A DNA stretch of 49,916 bases, filler included, from Sphacelaria rigidula (GCA_964200075.2; 2 parts of 2 records of this genome joined end to end with filler, not necessarily neighbours in it); one strand, 5' to 3'; positions 28,741 to 44,200 are shown, counted from the whole stretch's first letter. Translations and numbers: made by a program. The notes: generated by a model not told the origin, from the sequence alone.

Positions 28741-31700
28741 CTGAGCCACGGGTGAACATCGATCAAATCAAGCTCGAAAAACGCATACACGTTGCGTTGC
28801 AGACATCATGCCCACATGTGCAACACTACCAACAGCATGCTCTGCTCCTGAGGTGCTGTCGACCTGTACATTGCGCTCCATCATATGCCCCTTTGCAACA
28901 TCGCTGTCTCAGCACCCCTCAGGATAGCTGCAACGTGATCGCGACGGCCAACAGTACCTGCCTTGTCCTGAGGAGAAAAATCCGCGTGGATGACGAGCCT
29001 AGCCACTGGAAACTACAAAATATACGCTTGTGGAGCAGCGAGGACTCCAGTAGATTCCACGCGGAGCAGCGTGGTAGACAATATCGTACATTGTTCAGGG
29101 TTCAAGAGACACGGTGCGAAGTTATTCTGCTCTTTTCCTTCCTTCGTTTCCCGTGAGCGCCCTCTACCCTACAGTTATTACGGTTTCCCCGACTCCGTTC
29201 TGGATGAAGCTGCCTCCTGCGAAATTTATAAAATGCCTGGTGAATATCACTTTTGATATAATGATCCTCGCTAGAGACGACACGTCGCGCGCTCTAACTT
29301 GTACCGATGTGTTCCTGCACCCTAGCACTGGGAACGACCGGAGTGTCTTCTTGTGCGCGTCGTGCAAAATTCGAGGAAAACCCATGTTCATGCTCCACAG
29401 CTCAAGGAGCTCTCGGCTCGAAATTGCCCCGCGGGAACACAAACGGGAGCGAGCACAGTTGCCGCTCCCCGATGGTCTAATTTGTACTGTGCGCCTTCAA
29501 ACCGATAAAGGTGGAGTTCGAAATTCGACGTGATTAGTACCGAGGTTTAACCAAAGCAGGCGAAGTACGGGAGTGCTGGTCATGATCCAATTCACAACAC
29601 CAAAATATCAGACATGCACCAGGGGAGACATGACTTGATCCCTCACGTCTACGGATTGGTCCCGAGGAAGGATAAGATTGAAGAATATTCAACGTGAATC
29701 ACCAAGCACCTCTGCAAAACTTGAAGCATTTGCGGACTAGTTACGCATCAAAAATGGGTGCCTCAAAGTCTGCGCATTAGGGGCTGGAGGGGTACTCATG
29801 ATTTTGCATGCCGTTGTCGTAAGGCTTTTTACCTCGCATACCTACAAAGCTGGGACGGAGCACGCCGGGATTTCGCCGGACCAGACTTGCAATCACCAAG
29901 CGCAAAGCGTCGTGATGTGTTCGGCGAGTCACATGAAGGGTGAGCTACACCCTGCGAAGATTGTTCGGCCCGAAGCGTACTGGTTCTTGCATATGAATGA
30001 CAGCCTCGAACAAGTTGCTTCACATATCTCGGTTGTTTCGCCACTTGCAGATACAGTTGCGCATCGGGGGGGAGGGGGAGAGGGCTTGGAGGCGGGAAAA
30101 CAGAACGGGAACGAGTTGCTGAAAAAATTAACGCCAAAAACACTACATCACAGCACTTGAGATACAAGAGTATAGGCAGTGGAGAGTGAGTGCATCTTCT
30201 TTGCCCTGCGTGGTTCATTGCACCCGTGCCACCACTGTACTGTCTGCCGTATTCGTTTGCCTTTCCCTGTTTTCGAACAAATCGAGTTTCCATGTTTAAA
30301 TACTGTGGAAAAGCTCAAGACGAAAAGCGGTGTGCTTATATGATAGGTTGAGCGAACTTGAAGTCGTGGTGTTTCCATGCTGCTGGCGGCGCCCGCGGCG
30401 TCTTCGAGGCTTGTCCTTGTGCTGTGGCCGCTGGCCGTATAACCACGTACAATACCCAACTACGCCTGCAATCTGCGGTCGGCTCATCCCTATTCCAGTA
30501 TTGTGCCTGTCCCAATAAACTCAAGCTTCAGGTGTATATTGTGTGCGGTTTTGTGTGCGGCGTTTCAAAATACAGGGGATCTGAAGTGCCAGGGAGTCAC
30601 GGTCCTGCTCATGGACACGTCGCGCGTGCACGCTTTTGTGAGTTGGCCATACATCAACCGGTAAGAGTACTTATGGCCCATTGTGTCACTGCACGGTGTT
30701 ATATGATTGTGCTGTGCTGTCATGGACGGTGGTCAGAGCAACTTGTACTGAAAGTGTCACCTGTACGGCTCGACAGCACCCCCAGCATGCACTTTAATGA
30801 AGATATGTTTTTCAAAACAGCCCAATTTATATACCCTGCACTAACCACAGCAGTACCAGAAACAAAAAAATCGCCATGTGCAGAGTATATATTCTCCTAC
30901 ATTTTCCTACATTCTGGCTTCAGTACGCACAATTGGCGCGAATCGTATCCATCTCATCCCTTTATTCGTGCGCAATGCGAGCAACGTATAAACAAGTTCC
31001 CCATCATAGTTGCAATAATCATAAGACAGCAAAACATATCCACGATAACCACGTCTCCAGAAAAGCCAGTCGGAAAACCAAGTGATCGGCTGGCTGTTCG
31101 ACCTGAACCGAAAGCAAAACCACTTCCGATTATCGAAAGATCCAGGAAGCGCCGTGCTAGTGTGAAAAAGGAAAATAGTACTTTTCCTCGAAAACGTGGC
31201 TTGAACAGGGAAAAGTGATCACTTGGATCTTGCCGATTTTCGTCCATAGTCACATCATGAAGACGTCGATGAGAAGCAAATGTGTGCACACCATTCTATC
31301 GTGTCTATTGATAGGATCACCTTTAGCAGGGATCCCCAGCACGAAGTGCGCGCATCGGGACATCGCCACCAATGCGAGGTGATGTCAGCAGGTCTTCTCA
31401 CTCCGAGTCGATAACGAGGCTAGCCATGACGGCAGGAGTGACTGGAGGAGCATCCGTGTCTACAGCGATCGGTACCATCACGGCAGGTGGCTTCATTGGG
31501 CGCACTTCGTCCGATATGATGCAAGCACCATCAATCGGGGTAGGCGATTGTATGTGTTTCTCGCCCCCAAATGTACCCTTCGCCTCCGTATCATTGCTAC
31601 CTCCTTCGTCGATGCACCGAATCCGTGCCAAGCCAGGCGTATTGTGTACGGGTTTGCGACTTGAAAGCAGCCGTATGCGCAGCAAATCCAGAGTTTTTCA

Positions 31701-32503
31701 GGCGCCCGGTGCCCTTCAAGCATTTGTTTTCTTTATTTGGCACACTCGCAATTCCTTCCTTCATCGGGACGAGTCCGTGGTGAAGAGGGATAAACCCGCA
31801 TCTCCCCCAATACACGCCTTACATTTGATATCCTGGATCGGATCTGCACCCACGAACCGCGTCGACGCTCGCGAAATGAACTCTTTTGCTACTCACATCC
31901 TCATGTTTTCAAGGAAATCAGCTTCTTCCCGGCAGCAGCCCGGCAGCAAAACCAAATGTTTGTGCCGGGAATCGAACCCGCATGTTTCCGACTTCCGACC
32001 CAATGTCTCCAGTGGCACCAATAGACCGCGGGGGCACGAAAATGCCTGATAGACTGGTACGACGAAGGTTTGAGACCATTTGGATCGATGGTGGGTTCCC
32101 TGCATCTGCGACGGTGAATATTTTTCACGATGAAACTATTTTTTGTCCTTCCAACAAGAGCACATCGCAATCGAAATTACATTTGATCTCGATATCGACC
32201 ACGAACAGCTTTGAGTGTTGCTCACCCTGTAACCGTCCGGACCGAAGTTGAATGTCAATTGGACGCGCTATGTTTTGGGTTCGGAATTCTCGCGTTTCGT
32301 GGAAGGGGACCGCCTCTACAGAGATACGGGTTTGGATCTCCATCTTTGTAGGCAATATTAACAAGCATAGTAGGAAATGGAGTGGTGGGGGCAGCCATTC
32401 TTTGACCCTCCGTGAATGTTCATCATATATGTGAATATGTAAGCAGTCAAATTGATATTTACTTTCATATATGAAAACATTATTCACAAGAAAACGATTT
32501 TGG

Positions 32504-32765
32504 TCACGCCGTTTTCAGGAGTTAGACCCTGAAATTTTGCACAGGTGTTTTATGGGTAATTACGCAACTTTGGATGGACGAGGTTTTCCGTTTTTTCGTG
32601 TTGACCGTTTTACGGGCGTCCGAATGGATCGAAGTTTCCCCGAAAAAATGGGACCCCCGAAAAACAGTGAAACATGAAATAAAAAACTCGGCCTTGGGAA
32701 GTTGCATAATAACCCATAGAACAGTTGTGCACAATTCCAGGGTTCAACTCCTTGAAACGGCGTGA
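32504..32765. repeat. 67-bp imperfect inverted repeat pair (32504-32570 / 32699-32765), probable non-autonomous TE
   Basis: TCACGCCGTTT..GCAACTT versus its reverse complement. Confidence 0.7.
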
Positions 32766-32899
32766 AGTTTTGCCGATGAGTGTTTTTTTGGGTCTTTTCC
32801 GTGAACCAGTCTGTTTGCCGACACTCCTCAGGTCCGCCGATGAGGTAATGCAATGTCCGACCCGACAGCCTCGTGCTAGAGGGCGGCTCAAGAACGCCA

Positions 32900-34950
32900 C
32901 CTTTTGAACTGAGTTCGTGGAGGCCTGGAATAATCGGGAGAGGACAGGGTTAGCGATGCGCGTTGGGCCGAGGGAGTCCCGCATGACGCACCCGACGAAG
33001 AGCGTGCAGGTCGAAAGAGTTGACCCAAGCCAGGTTGGACAGATTCTTTGACGTGTACGCGAAGGAGCTGGAGGAGTACATGAGAATGGAGGAGTCGAAA
33101 GGCTGCTGGTAAGAGCATCTGAAGGGACGGAGGACAGCGGGTTTCAGTGAGAAACTAGAGAGCGGACGACGTATGTACATTGAAGACGAAAAGGGGAGAT
33201 TATGCTGGAATAGGGATCCAATCCGTGGTAGGCAAACGGTAGGTATCTACTTCGCTAGATACAACATCACCAACCATCCATCAAGTCGTCTGACAACGAG
33301 ACTGTCACAAGGAGAGTATCGCACTACTATCGAGACTATACCGCTTGGAAACGTGTCAGTCCTGGATGAAACGGAAGAGGCACCGAGAACTATGGCTGAC
33401 GGCTAAACGATGGAACCAGATGGGCTACCCGCTGGACTCAAGTTTGGATTGGTGGGGAGCCTTCGGATATCATGTAGCACTCCCACAGCATCCTCGTTGC
33501 TGTTTGGACGTTTGGAGAGTTGCCGCAGGAGTGTAATGATGTCACTATGAAAGCATTTTACAACAAGGGTAGGACCGAATGTGATGACAACAGGAGCATT
33601 TTCCTAGTAGCACATGCTGCTAACTGCTTCCTCAAAATCATTTCCAACAGACTCGGTATTTTCTGCGAGGAGTTAGGGACTCCAGGGAAGAACAGTGCGG
33701 ACTGAGGCGCGGCCAATCGACAACCAGCATGATGCCCGTGGCACGCCGACTGTAGGAGATAGGACGGGCCAGCAATATCCCACTAAACCTGGGCTTCCTC
33801 GGCCTACAAGAGGTATGCGACTCCGAAGACTGAACGCTCTTGTGGGAAGTACTCGCACGTTTCCTCCGACGAGGTCATCCGTATGTCCCACAATGACATG
33901 CAAGCTCGGATGCAGCTGGATTATGCCGAACGATAAGAGCGGTTCGGCGTATGCCAGGAACTCAGTCGAGGATGCGTTTGGTTCTCGCTACTGTTTGATA
34001 CCTTCTGCGCAGCATGTTGATGTACTTTTACATCGTTTCGCACGAGACCTGACTATCGTCGAAGACTTTGTATACCTAGAAGATGCGCCACGAAATGAGG
34101 ATGACAACCGGAAAGACGCCGCCTGAGAGGGACTGCTGTACGCGGATGACGCATTCCCCAGAGGGACTTGCTAGGATAACAGCTGTGATGGTCCTGGTCT
34201 ATCAGGAGTTCGCACTAACAGCGTCGGACATCAAAACAGATGTAATGTGCATTTGGTCAGTGGTCAGTAGTCAGTATCTAGCTCCCCCGAGAACGCACTG
34301 TGGATCAAGGCCGCAAACCAACGGTACAAGAAGAAGATCGACTTCACCTGCCTTCGTAGTGCTACCAGCGATGGCGTGAGTATTTCTATGGGAGTCCAGC
34401 ACCGCATCTGTGCTGAAAGGACCCGCTTCCCGGAGGATGACTCCCAACTACATGGTCTGCCCAGCTACATCTGAAAACCCGGTTGCTCGACCCGGAAATT
34501 GTCAAAGCTACACTCCACGAGCGTGCTGACGCCGGGCCCAGAGGACCTCAAGAGCACTTGGCTTTCCGCAGGAATAATTGCGGTGGATACTAGACTCCTT
34601 CATACAGGGCTGTGCTCGAGATGACCAAATGCGACGATATATGGAGACAACTAGACGACTCACCCGCAAGAGTCGACTTTGGCTTGCGGGGGGCTTTGTC
34701 GCACAGAACGAACCACACCTCCCGAAATGCATCATGTTCAGATGGGGGGCCGCACAAGGGCCCAAGGAGCCTGGCTGGCCTTCAAAACACCGAGGGGACT
34801 GTCTGCACGATAACCTGTGTGTCTACGTGCCTACTACGTGCCCCGGGGGCTATCTCACGCACGGGAAAACGAGGGAAGTGGTGGAAGTGGTTCCTACGAC
34901 ATGGAAATCTAAGGTTCGCAATAGCGGGTCATCGCAGCTGAAAATGTGGG
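32900..34950 (+). mobile_element. Degenerate RTE-like non-LTR retrotransposon ORF2 remnant
   Basis: Broken-frame matches to LINE RT regions: YIEDEKGRL, KGRTECDDNRSIFLVAHAANCFLKIISNRL, RLWLAG..LPKCIMF; many stops and frameshifts. Confidence 0.8.
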
Positions 34951-37242
34951 CAAATAGTACCCGAGTGTCAAGAAAGGGACGGAGAGTTCGAGGAGGCATG
35001 GTGATGTCAAGACCTACACCACCCTGACCCATGTCACAAGCAAGAGGCTGCTCTTTTGAGAGCCAACACTTAGGAAGCCGCCATGGCTGGTACGAAAACG
35101 GCAGCAATAGCCCACGAGAAATTAACATCGAGTTTTCGTCGAGAGAGCGGCCGCATGTCCCTGACTTGAATAAGGGCGGGAGGGGAAGGGGTAGCGGAGG
35201 GGAGCACGGACATTGATTCCCCTGCCCTGTCCCATTGATCATCGATATTCTTGGATTGGAACTTCAACACTGCTGCCTTACTGTTCCTTTTCATTTGCTA
35301 CTTTGTTTCCGAGCTCCTTCTCCGTCTTTTCATATCTTCTGTCGTCTTCCATTATTTCCTTCTTCCTTTCTTCGGTCGATTTTTTCTCTTTTCGTTCTTG
35401 CTTGACATTGCTTCTGTTCGTGCTGAGGTCTTGTATCAGAGGCGTGTCGGGGCTTTCCTCCCAGGAAAGGTCAAGACGAGGAAGTCACCTTCATGTCCAA
35501 GTATTGCTATCATCTTTGTGGGGCAGCACTCCTCACGAGGAAATGTGTATCGAATGAAAACTCTTGTCAAGGGCTTCCGACACATACATTTCCCGAAACC
35601 ACGAGTCCAACATTCAACCCTCACAGCGCCCAAGGGTTTCTGCTCAGAGTACGGCCTGACAGTACCGCAGACATTGAGAGTATGACTCTTGTATGGTTGG
35701 TGGCCCCTTCATGAGCCCTGGGCGCTCAGACGGGAATGCAATTTCTCATTTTTGGAGCATAGTGTGCCAGATTTAGCAGTCTACGTCCATGGTTGAGGAC
35801 GCAGGTTGAAGTCTTGGGGCGTCGTCTATCTACTGCCAAGTCTCTCACGGCGACACGCCTATACAGTATAAGCTACGGCTTGTAAAACCCTCGTATGTGT
35901 CATACAGCACAATATCACACGCGGCGGTGGCACGGTCACCGCTCATGGTCTCCACTCACCAAATATTGTATACGGCACCGTACTCTACTCTGTATTGTAC
36001 TCACTACGACACCGACATGTGGGTGGCAACGGCCCGGCGGGCCGTGACCCCCCTGTTTCTAGGTAGACGCTGTGTTTTGAATCAGAACAAACACTCGGAA
36101 CCCTCACAACTAATAAGGCCGAAAAAAGCCGCCTGCACAACTGGGCGCCATGAGGAAAAACATGGAACTTCTGTCTTGACAACATGTGATATAACTTGAG
36201 ATATCTTGAGAAAATTTGATGCTCTGCGATACAAATTTCGTGCAGACAGGGCAGTGGATAGAACGGTCGGTCGGTGGTGGTATATGTACATGAACTAACT
36301 CTCACGAGCGATCGCACGGATAAGTACGTCCAAGGCTAGAGATTATTTCGCTGAACCAACAAGGCCAGCAAGGGTTCATGGAGTTGACATCGATAACGAG
36401 ATAATAATGGTGCACTCGCTATCACCGGTTGCTCTTACTTAGGGTGGGATTCAGCTGTATGTACAAGAGTAGTAGACGCTCGTCACGTGCATGTAAAATC
36501 GGTGAACGTACTGAGGCTGGTACGACTGCTGCTAGATCCTTGCCTCGGCTACCAAGGGCATGCTTGTTCACAGCAACATGAACAGGACTTTTCCTGCATC
36601 CACAAGATTGTTATTTCGCCACCATGGTACGATAATCATGCTGCTGTACACAAGGACAGATGAAGAGGTCATGTGGTCATTTTACCTGCATCTAAGAGGA
36701 AGAGCATACTGAAACTAAGATGACTCTGTTACACACAGACAGACGGAACCAAAAGATGAAGCAATACGTCCCCGGACGTTGAATCCTTCTTTGTTACTAC
36801 AAACTGCGGATTCTCCAACTTTTGCTGTTTATTTTTTCATTTGTTCAATCTTTCCCGTTCCTCCCGTGTCCTTTGGCGAGTGTTTCGGTCAATTGACCTT
36901 GGGTACGTCATCTCGTGGCCACAGCTGTATTCCTAGTGATTCAGTGAGTCCATGTTCATGTTACCATGTTCATGTTACCATGTTCATGTTGACACTTTTG
37001 AAACCATAGATGGTAAAAATGATGATTTAGAATTGAAGTTTTCTTGGGCAAGATATGATTGTTTTTCTGCAACTGTAATTTTGCAGCCCGCCAAAACGGT
37101 GCACCACTCCAAGTTCAAGTACACGAATGTGACAGATTCGTGCACCGAACTCGGAGTGACGTTTTCCCGGTGACGAAAGTTCGCATATGAGAGGTTGTAC
37201 CGTTTTTGGCGAGTTCAAAAAGGGTTCAAGAATGAAACTTTC

Positions 37243-37716
37243 AAGGGCAGGTAGGGCAGGTAGGGCAGGGTATGTATTTTTGAATACTCGGGTAAAATAC
37301 CCGAGTATTTAATTTACGCAAATTTTAGGTAGATTGGGTACGGCCTCAATACTCCACCCGAATTTAGGGCAGCTTGGGTACGGCCTCAAACACTCTACCC
37401 AAACTTTGGGTGATTGAGAACGAGCTCAAATACTCTACCCAATATTCGATAAGCACTCTTAGCAATACCTGGTATTCACTTGGGTATGACCTAAGTACTC
37501 CACCCATATTTCGGGTAGAATGCGTACGACTTTTATGCTCTACCCAAGATTGGGCAAGTACTCTCAGTAATACTCACGTATGGAGTATCACTTGCGTATG
37601 ACCTCAATACTCTACCCAGAATTTGGCTAGATTGGGTACGATCTCAAATACTCTACCCAATTTTTGGGTACCAAGAGTATGACTTTTAAAAAATACCGAG
37701 TATTGGGACCAACCCT
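37243..37716. repeat. Repeat element with internal TACTCTACCC / TTGGGTACG..CTCAA tandem units and TAGGG...CCCTA ends
   Basis: About eight TACTC(T/C)ACCC copies; AATACTCGG / CCGAGTATT at both ends. Confidence 0.6.
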
Positions 37717-39606
37717 AACTCCAATCAACTGTATCGTGCGCTTGAATCACGAGAGGCATCGTCACCTTGGTATTTTGATATTTTCATGAACCCCTTGGGC
37801 GCGTTAAGCAACAGATCGCCCCCATATGAACCGCTGTGCACAGAGGGTTGGACCAATTAATGCAGTAAAAAAGTCGGGGAGGAATGTGTTCCAATGAAGC
37901 AAGGCGTACAGGTACCCTCTTGGTATTCTTGTGTTGTGGCCGTCCGAGGGCACTGACTGCCACATTGCACGCTGTGTGCATGTGCGCTTGAGCATCCGCA
38001 TCTTGTAGCTGCATTGTCGACAATGGCTGTGCCTCTCAGTGTGGTGCCTTGCCACGCTCCGGGCATTCAAGCTCTTCGGTGTTGGCTGTAAAAGGGAAAG
38101 TATTCGTCAGTCATTCGTCAATTCACCAGAACATGTACATGTACAAGATCTGTGCTACATTATACCAGCCGCCAGCCCACACCACACCACAATGCCCGAT
38201 GTGAGTGTACTGCTGTACGAGTCTCGGTTTTCGGCTGCGCTCTACTAAAACGACGCACGAGGCTGTTCCCGATAACACAAGCTAATGCTAGCTGCGGCGC
38301 CGGCACGCAGAGGAAACATCGTGCGGACGTAAATTACACACGCTCGCTTGATTTCCGTGATAGCGCGAAACATCCATCTGTGGTCCACTTCAAACACGAA
38401 CCAACGGTCGATCTAGGATGAGATCTCGACTAGTTCATTGTCGCAAATCAAGTTTTTCGCTACAAATCTACCTGTGGTCACAAGATAGATGTACTCAAGG
38501 ACATTGAAGGGGACCACGCGCTCAAGGAAACACGACGGAGAAGAAAGGTGAAGACATGTACTGCTTTCTGCATGCCTCATACATCACCCCGCACGAAACC
38601 ACCCATTTTCACCGGGATAATCAACGGGGAATTTTTTTTCGATAGTGGCGTCGCGCTCGAAGGGTTCATAATCTAGTTCCCGTTCTTGGAAGCGTCCAGA
38701 CACGAGTAGCAGAACTTTAGACAGAATACGATGGGCTACGGGAATGTTGATAGTCATCACTGCATGCTTTCCAATTGATCGTCAGGAGGGAGGGTACCGG
38801 GGAGGCTGGTCTTGGTCTTGAGAAAGGGGAGGAATTTGAAGTGTAATGACATGAAAATGCACGTTCTCAACATTATTTGCACGCGTGGAGCCAATGCGCA
38901 GTGCGCTCTACGCAATCACTGTCGAAGCTTGGCATGGGGATAACAAAATAATCTCGATCCCCAGCCACCTTATGCGCCACCCTTTTTTGACACTCATCTT
39001 GCCATGTGCATGCAGTGCAGCACAGGTGGACTGACATCAGTAGCACACACAGCATAACGACCAACATGAAACGATCCGCGACATCTTCGCTCTCAACCAC
39101 GGCAGCAGACTGCTGCAAGCTCAACAGCTGAAATCGTTCCAATTCAAGAATTCCCTTGACGCCCGTCTCCAACTGGCGTCAACGACCGCCAACGCTTTAC
39201 AGTGCGTCATACGTCAGCACCCTACAAATCAATCACGAACCATGATGGAAGTAGATGTGCGCGGCGGATCGAATCCTGCCCGTTGGGGGCCCGGTGCTAT
39301 AGGTGTGCAACATGTGCGAGGAAGTGTGGGTTGTAGTAGTCCCTCTGCAGGCTGCCTCAAGTCGATCCAAATGAGTAACAACAAGTGCCTTCTTCCTGTG
39401 AGGGGATTTGTGTTGTGCTCTCGATTCACCACATTCCCTCGCAGGTCAGCGTAGAAGCGTGGCAGCGTTGTGTGCCACGCGCGACGTTTCAAACCCGAAA
39501 AAGTCACTATGCTGGCTTCACACTCCTCTGTGATCCTAGGGTTCACTCTGATTCTCGTGGTGGTACCTCGGGTGCTGTTTTCGTTCATGTACAGTGTGTA
39601 GTAAGC

Positions 39607-39950
39607 CGCCGCGCCCCGGGGGTCCATATTAAAACTGTCCAACTGACACCATTAGGGCTGAATAACGCGGGTTGGATTCTCGCCAGATGCGTCTAGTGTG
39701 TTTTTTTGTACAAATAATCTGATTCACGTCGTTGAAAACGTCAGGACGTGGATAGCGAAAACGATCTGTTCGAGTAGGTCTGTCTAAAGAGAGGCGATGC
39801 GTTGAGGAAGTGCTGATAGTTATGATCCAATTCGCGATGGATACCAAAATGCGAGGCGTGTATCGGGCGAGAGATGCGTTGATTCATTTATATAACTGAC
39901 TCGCCCCGAGGACGGGGGAGGATGATAAGTGAGATGCAAAAAAATGCGGT
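39607..39950 (+). mobile_element. tRNA-derived SINE, diverged copy
   Basis: Head CGCCGCGCCCCGG, degenerate B box GGTTGGATTCT; body matches the reverse complement of 46085-46190. Confidence 0.65.
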
Positions 39951-41017
39951 CACACGAAGATGTGTCGTTTCCGCACTCCTTCGAACATTGGCAGTCACTC
40001 ATAATGAGTTGACAGTCCTAGTACATGCTATCGGGCCTCATGTCCCGCGGCGGTTGGGTACAATGCGCGTACACTGAGACGCGACCTAGTGCAGACAGTT
40101 TTTGCTTGCGGAATAGCAACACAAAGAGGATACAGGTACCTGCATGTCAACTGCTGTAGATTGTTGCCCAGATGATCGGGTTTACGGGTAGCTGTACCGC
40201 AGGTGACGATGTATACTCGTCTGATCCACGCGTGATGACTTTCCTAGAGCCGAAAGCTCATCACCCGCGTGTGATATTTACGGGGGCGGAGGGGAAAAAT
40301 TTCACACACCTTGACACATAACTGCAGGTACTGACGTGGCGTAAAAAAAAGCGGAATGCTCATCACTCAGTATACTACAGGCAGCTCTCATAACCTAGGG
40401 TGCTCGTGTTGCCGTCGCTATGATGAGCTTCTTTCGCTTTTGTCGGCATCATAACGGTGGACGTACCAGCTGAACTTCTTTCACGGACCGAGGCTGTTGA
40501 CTTTTATACAGAAGGGAGCAACGGAGTACTTGCTAAGACCGCTACCTCCTGGTGTTACGATAAAGTGGGGGTCCCATTCGTGGCGACTTGTACGACACCT
40601 GACAAAGTCAATGCAGTAAATCACGATTTGCACGCTCAGGTGTTTTGTTGGCAGAGGAGCACTACACGCATGCAAATACCGATGCGACTACCCTATTCAT
40701 CGCAGCGCACGCTTCGAGACCAACGACACGCCAGAGAGTGGCTGTGCTCATCAGCACAGAGTTCGTCAAGTTTAACGTCATCGCGTTTCGTCGAGGAGGG
40801 CTTCACTGTCGCCCTCAACGTGCGTGAAAACCGCGCTGTGGCGAAGTGCGTGAAGCGTGCGTTTGTTTACGAACACAAACGGTGTGCTATGTATTCTTGT
40901 AAGGCAAAACGGTAGGTACCCTCCTGTATCCCGTGTGTGTGATGCTGTTGTAGTTCTTGCTTGTGATCGTTATGTTGGCCGTAGTTGTGATTGAGGACAC
41001 TAGGGCACTCGGCACGA

Positions 41018-41228
41018 TATTGTCTTTCCCTTGCTCAAAAAAGTAAATCAACCATCCAACCATCCATCCTCAAACAATCCCATCCATTAATTAAATTAAT
41101 TAATTATTATATATATAAATAACTTTATTATTGTCTTTCCCTTGCTCAAAAAAGTAAATCAACCATCCAACCACCCATCCTCAAACAATCCCATCCATTA
41201 ATTTAATTAATTAATTATTATATATATA
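41018..41228. repeat. Near-perfect 111-bp tandem duplication
   Basis: TATTGTCTTTCCCTTGCTC...TTATATATATA starts at 41018 and 41129. Confidence 0.9.
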
Positions 41229-44200
41229 TTGTTATACAACTTGATCGTCGCAATTAATGATACCGCCACCGTGTGTTGCAATATTGTACATCATCCCTAC
41301 AAAAACTCTGTACCCAACAGTGCTGCAGCTACGCGCCGAATTGCCTTGTATTACACACTTGACTACAGGTCAAACAAGTCTTTTGGGTCTCCCCGAAATC
41401 TCAAATAGTGCCTATTTGGGTAGCTTTAACGATCCGAACGGGAGACAGAGAAGCATCCACTCTCGCTACCAAATGAAGGGTGTCTCTCTCTCTAGTTGGC
41501 GACACCGACCCTGGCAAAATTCTACCAGTCCAGCATGGTGGTTCTCGTAATGCTCTCAACTTTTCGAAACATCCAATTATGTTGGCCTTGTTGGTCTTTG
41601 TTGCCCAGTTCTGCGCGAAGCAAGAATACCCCTCTGCGAAAGTATCACATTCGAGGCACATCGGGGCCTGACCACTGTGTAACTAGGCACGATGTGCTTT
41701 GTTTGACGCGAAATCGTTCAGTACTAGGGGAGTTTGATACGTAGTGGCGATTCGTCTAACTCTGGGAAATGTTTGAAGGTACTTATAATTTCAGCACGAA
41801 ATTCACGCAAGGTACCGCACACCGATATGCTTGGCCTCCATCGTTGGACCATCGCATGTCTTGGTATCGACTTTGTACTTGTCGCCATCAGGATAGGACA
41901 TGGGACCAACTGCTATATATAGTCTGTAATACGGTATAACATTGGTCTGTGTCGGTAGAGAATGACACGACACAAGAAGCAAATATTTCGCGGATTTGCG
42001 ATGTTGGGTGTCTTAACCGAAAGGGTCGACCCATTTCGGACAACATAGTGCAGCTCGCCCTTCAAGCGACTCGCCAAACCGCAGCTTCGCGCTTGGTGTT
42101 TGCGAGGCTTGTCCGGCGAAATCCGGCGTGCTCCGTCCCGGCTTTGTAGGGATGCGAGGTCACTGGTCTTACGAGTGCGGCATCAAGATCATGAGCACAT
42201 CCCCCCCTCTAGGGTGCGGCGCGGTCCAGGAAACTCCAAAATTCAGCTGCCTCACTACTTTTCAAATCACCACATCAATTTGACCGTTTTGACTCGCGGT
42301 CAACATGTACCAATTTTTCAACAGTTTAAATTCTTGCTCCAACTTCAGCAACACATTTTCAAGGCGTGAACCGACTTCATTTTCAGAAGTCTGATCACAT
42401 CTGGCAGCTTGAAAACTCTAATTTAGAGTACCCTCTCCCCTCGACCATGTTTGGGCTTACAGAAAAAATGGGTGTGGCGTCGAAGCAGGACACACCACCT
42501 GTCGGTTGTAGCATAAAGTTAGCAAAAGTCATTTCTTGCCACTAAGGTGGTGCCAACGAGCGTTGGTCTAAGCGTCACGTGTACTGCAGCGAAAATTTTC
42601 AATCCGCCGCCTCGGTTCTTTTGTTGGTGAATTACAACTGATTGTTTCACGTTGACGTGAAAGCGGCGTCTTAGCCTTTGGAACATTCAACTGTGCAGTA
42701 AGAAGACTGTAGACCGCTTGGGCCCTGTTCAAGGCATTACAACCTCAAACCAAGGACATAATTCACGGGCTAGATTTACGGTGTGCGCAACTGCGATGGT
42801 GGTGCGGGCGGGTTGGAGTCAGTATTTCTTCATCTTGATTTCCTCTGAGCCTTCGCTTTTCTTTATGCTCATAACTCATCAGCACGAAACAAAGCCTGCG
42901 CCCTCTTCATCTGTCGGACTTTCAGCAAGTGATACAAGCAGACAAAACCGTAAACGTCAATACCTTCAGTTTAAAGAAATTTTCTGAGCGTTTCCCCGGC
43001 GATCTTTTTTGGTTTGGATACTGGTATGAACGCCTCCGTGTTACCGTAAATGATACAGTAACGAGTGTGGTGGATTTCCGGATTGTAGGCTGCACGCCAG
43101 ATCCTCACTTCGTCTCGACAAACTGCAGCATGCAGCGCGTACTACCGACTGTAAGAGTGACTGCAACATATTACACATGTGAATGGCAAAGTATGGTCGA
43201 TGCTTTGGAGCAAAATGACGTGGCGGTGGGACCAGGGAAGGCATACTTTGCCAGCGCTCTGGCGTTTATCACCCACCGCGCGCGGACCAGCTTCAACGTG
43301 TTGCGAGAGACTGCTACTCTCGCACTACATCGCTTCCAATGTACCTGAGGCAATGTATAGAACCTTGACATCACCCGCCTTCTACTGCAAAAGGTTTAGC
43401 GGCTTCATGCAAACTTCATCAACGTAACACAATGGTTGAAGTCTAATGAACTCTCGGGAAACTTGTCTCAGAGTCAAATTCGATTTGACTCGTATAAACG
43501 TCTTCCAGGCAGCTACATTCTGAATACCGCTGTGCTGGCATCAAATACGGAAATCCCCTGCGCGACGTAGTCAAGAAAGGTATGCACGCAAAGCGTTTAT
43601 GGGATTTTACCCATCCCGCGAATTAAACAACGCGAGAAAAGGTACGCAACCGTACAAAAAACGGTACATCGAAGCAAACTTGACTCAGCTTTAGTGCTAG
43701 GCTCGTATCCCACACTAACTGTAGTGTTGTGCTGGCTTTGAAACACAAAGAAAAGACTGGTTGACAGAATTTCACCTCCAAATGAGTACGAGTAAAATAT
43801 ACAGCAAATTTGTAACCGCTTGTTCGTCAGAGGCTCAAAGGATTTGCATTCGCCAGGAAGAGCAATTTGCGGCGAAATCAACGTGTTCACTGTGATGCTG
43901 TTGGTGAACGTTTTGACCGCACCTTCTATGCTCAAACACGTCGTACATCGTGGAGCACATCTCGACCCAAACGGTGCACGGTTCGGACAAATCATCGCAG
44001 GTTCGAATCACCAAATCCACGATTTTTCAGGCCTTACTGCTCGAAAGAAGGAAAAAAGTTGACCGCTGGTCAAGAAAAGGTCTCCACGTAGTTTTTGCGT
44101 CATTCCACGTGCCTGGGTTGCGCGTACCTGGTACCTGGGTTGCAATGCTGAAAACAAAGCTCAATGATTGATTCGTTTGGTACGAATCAACTACACTAAA

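Noticed and set aside
30358-32049. 286-aa and 225-aa ORFs in the CDK intron
   Set aside because: No recognisable motifs or codon bias; probably chance ORFs or TE debris.
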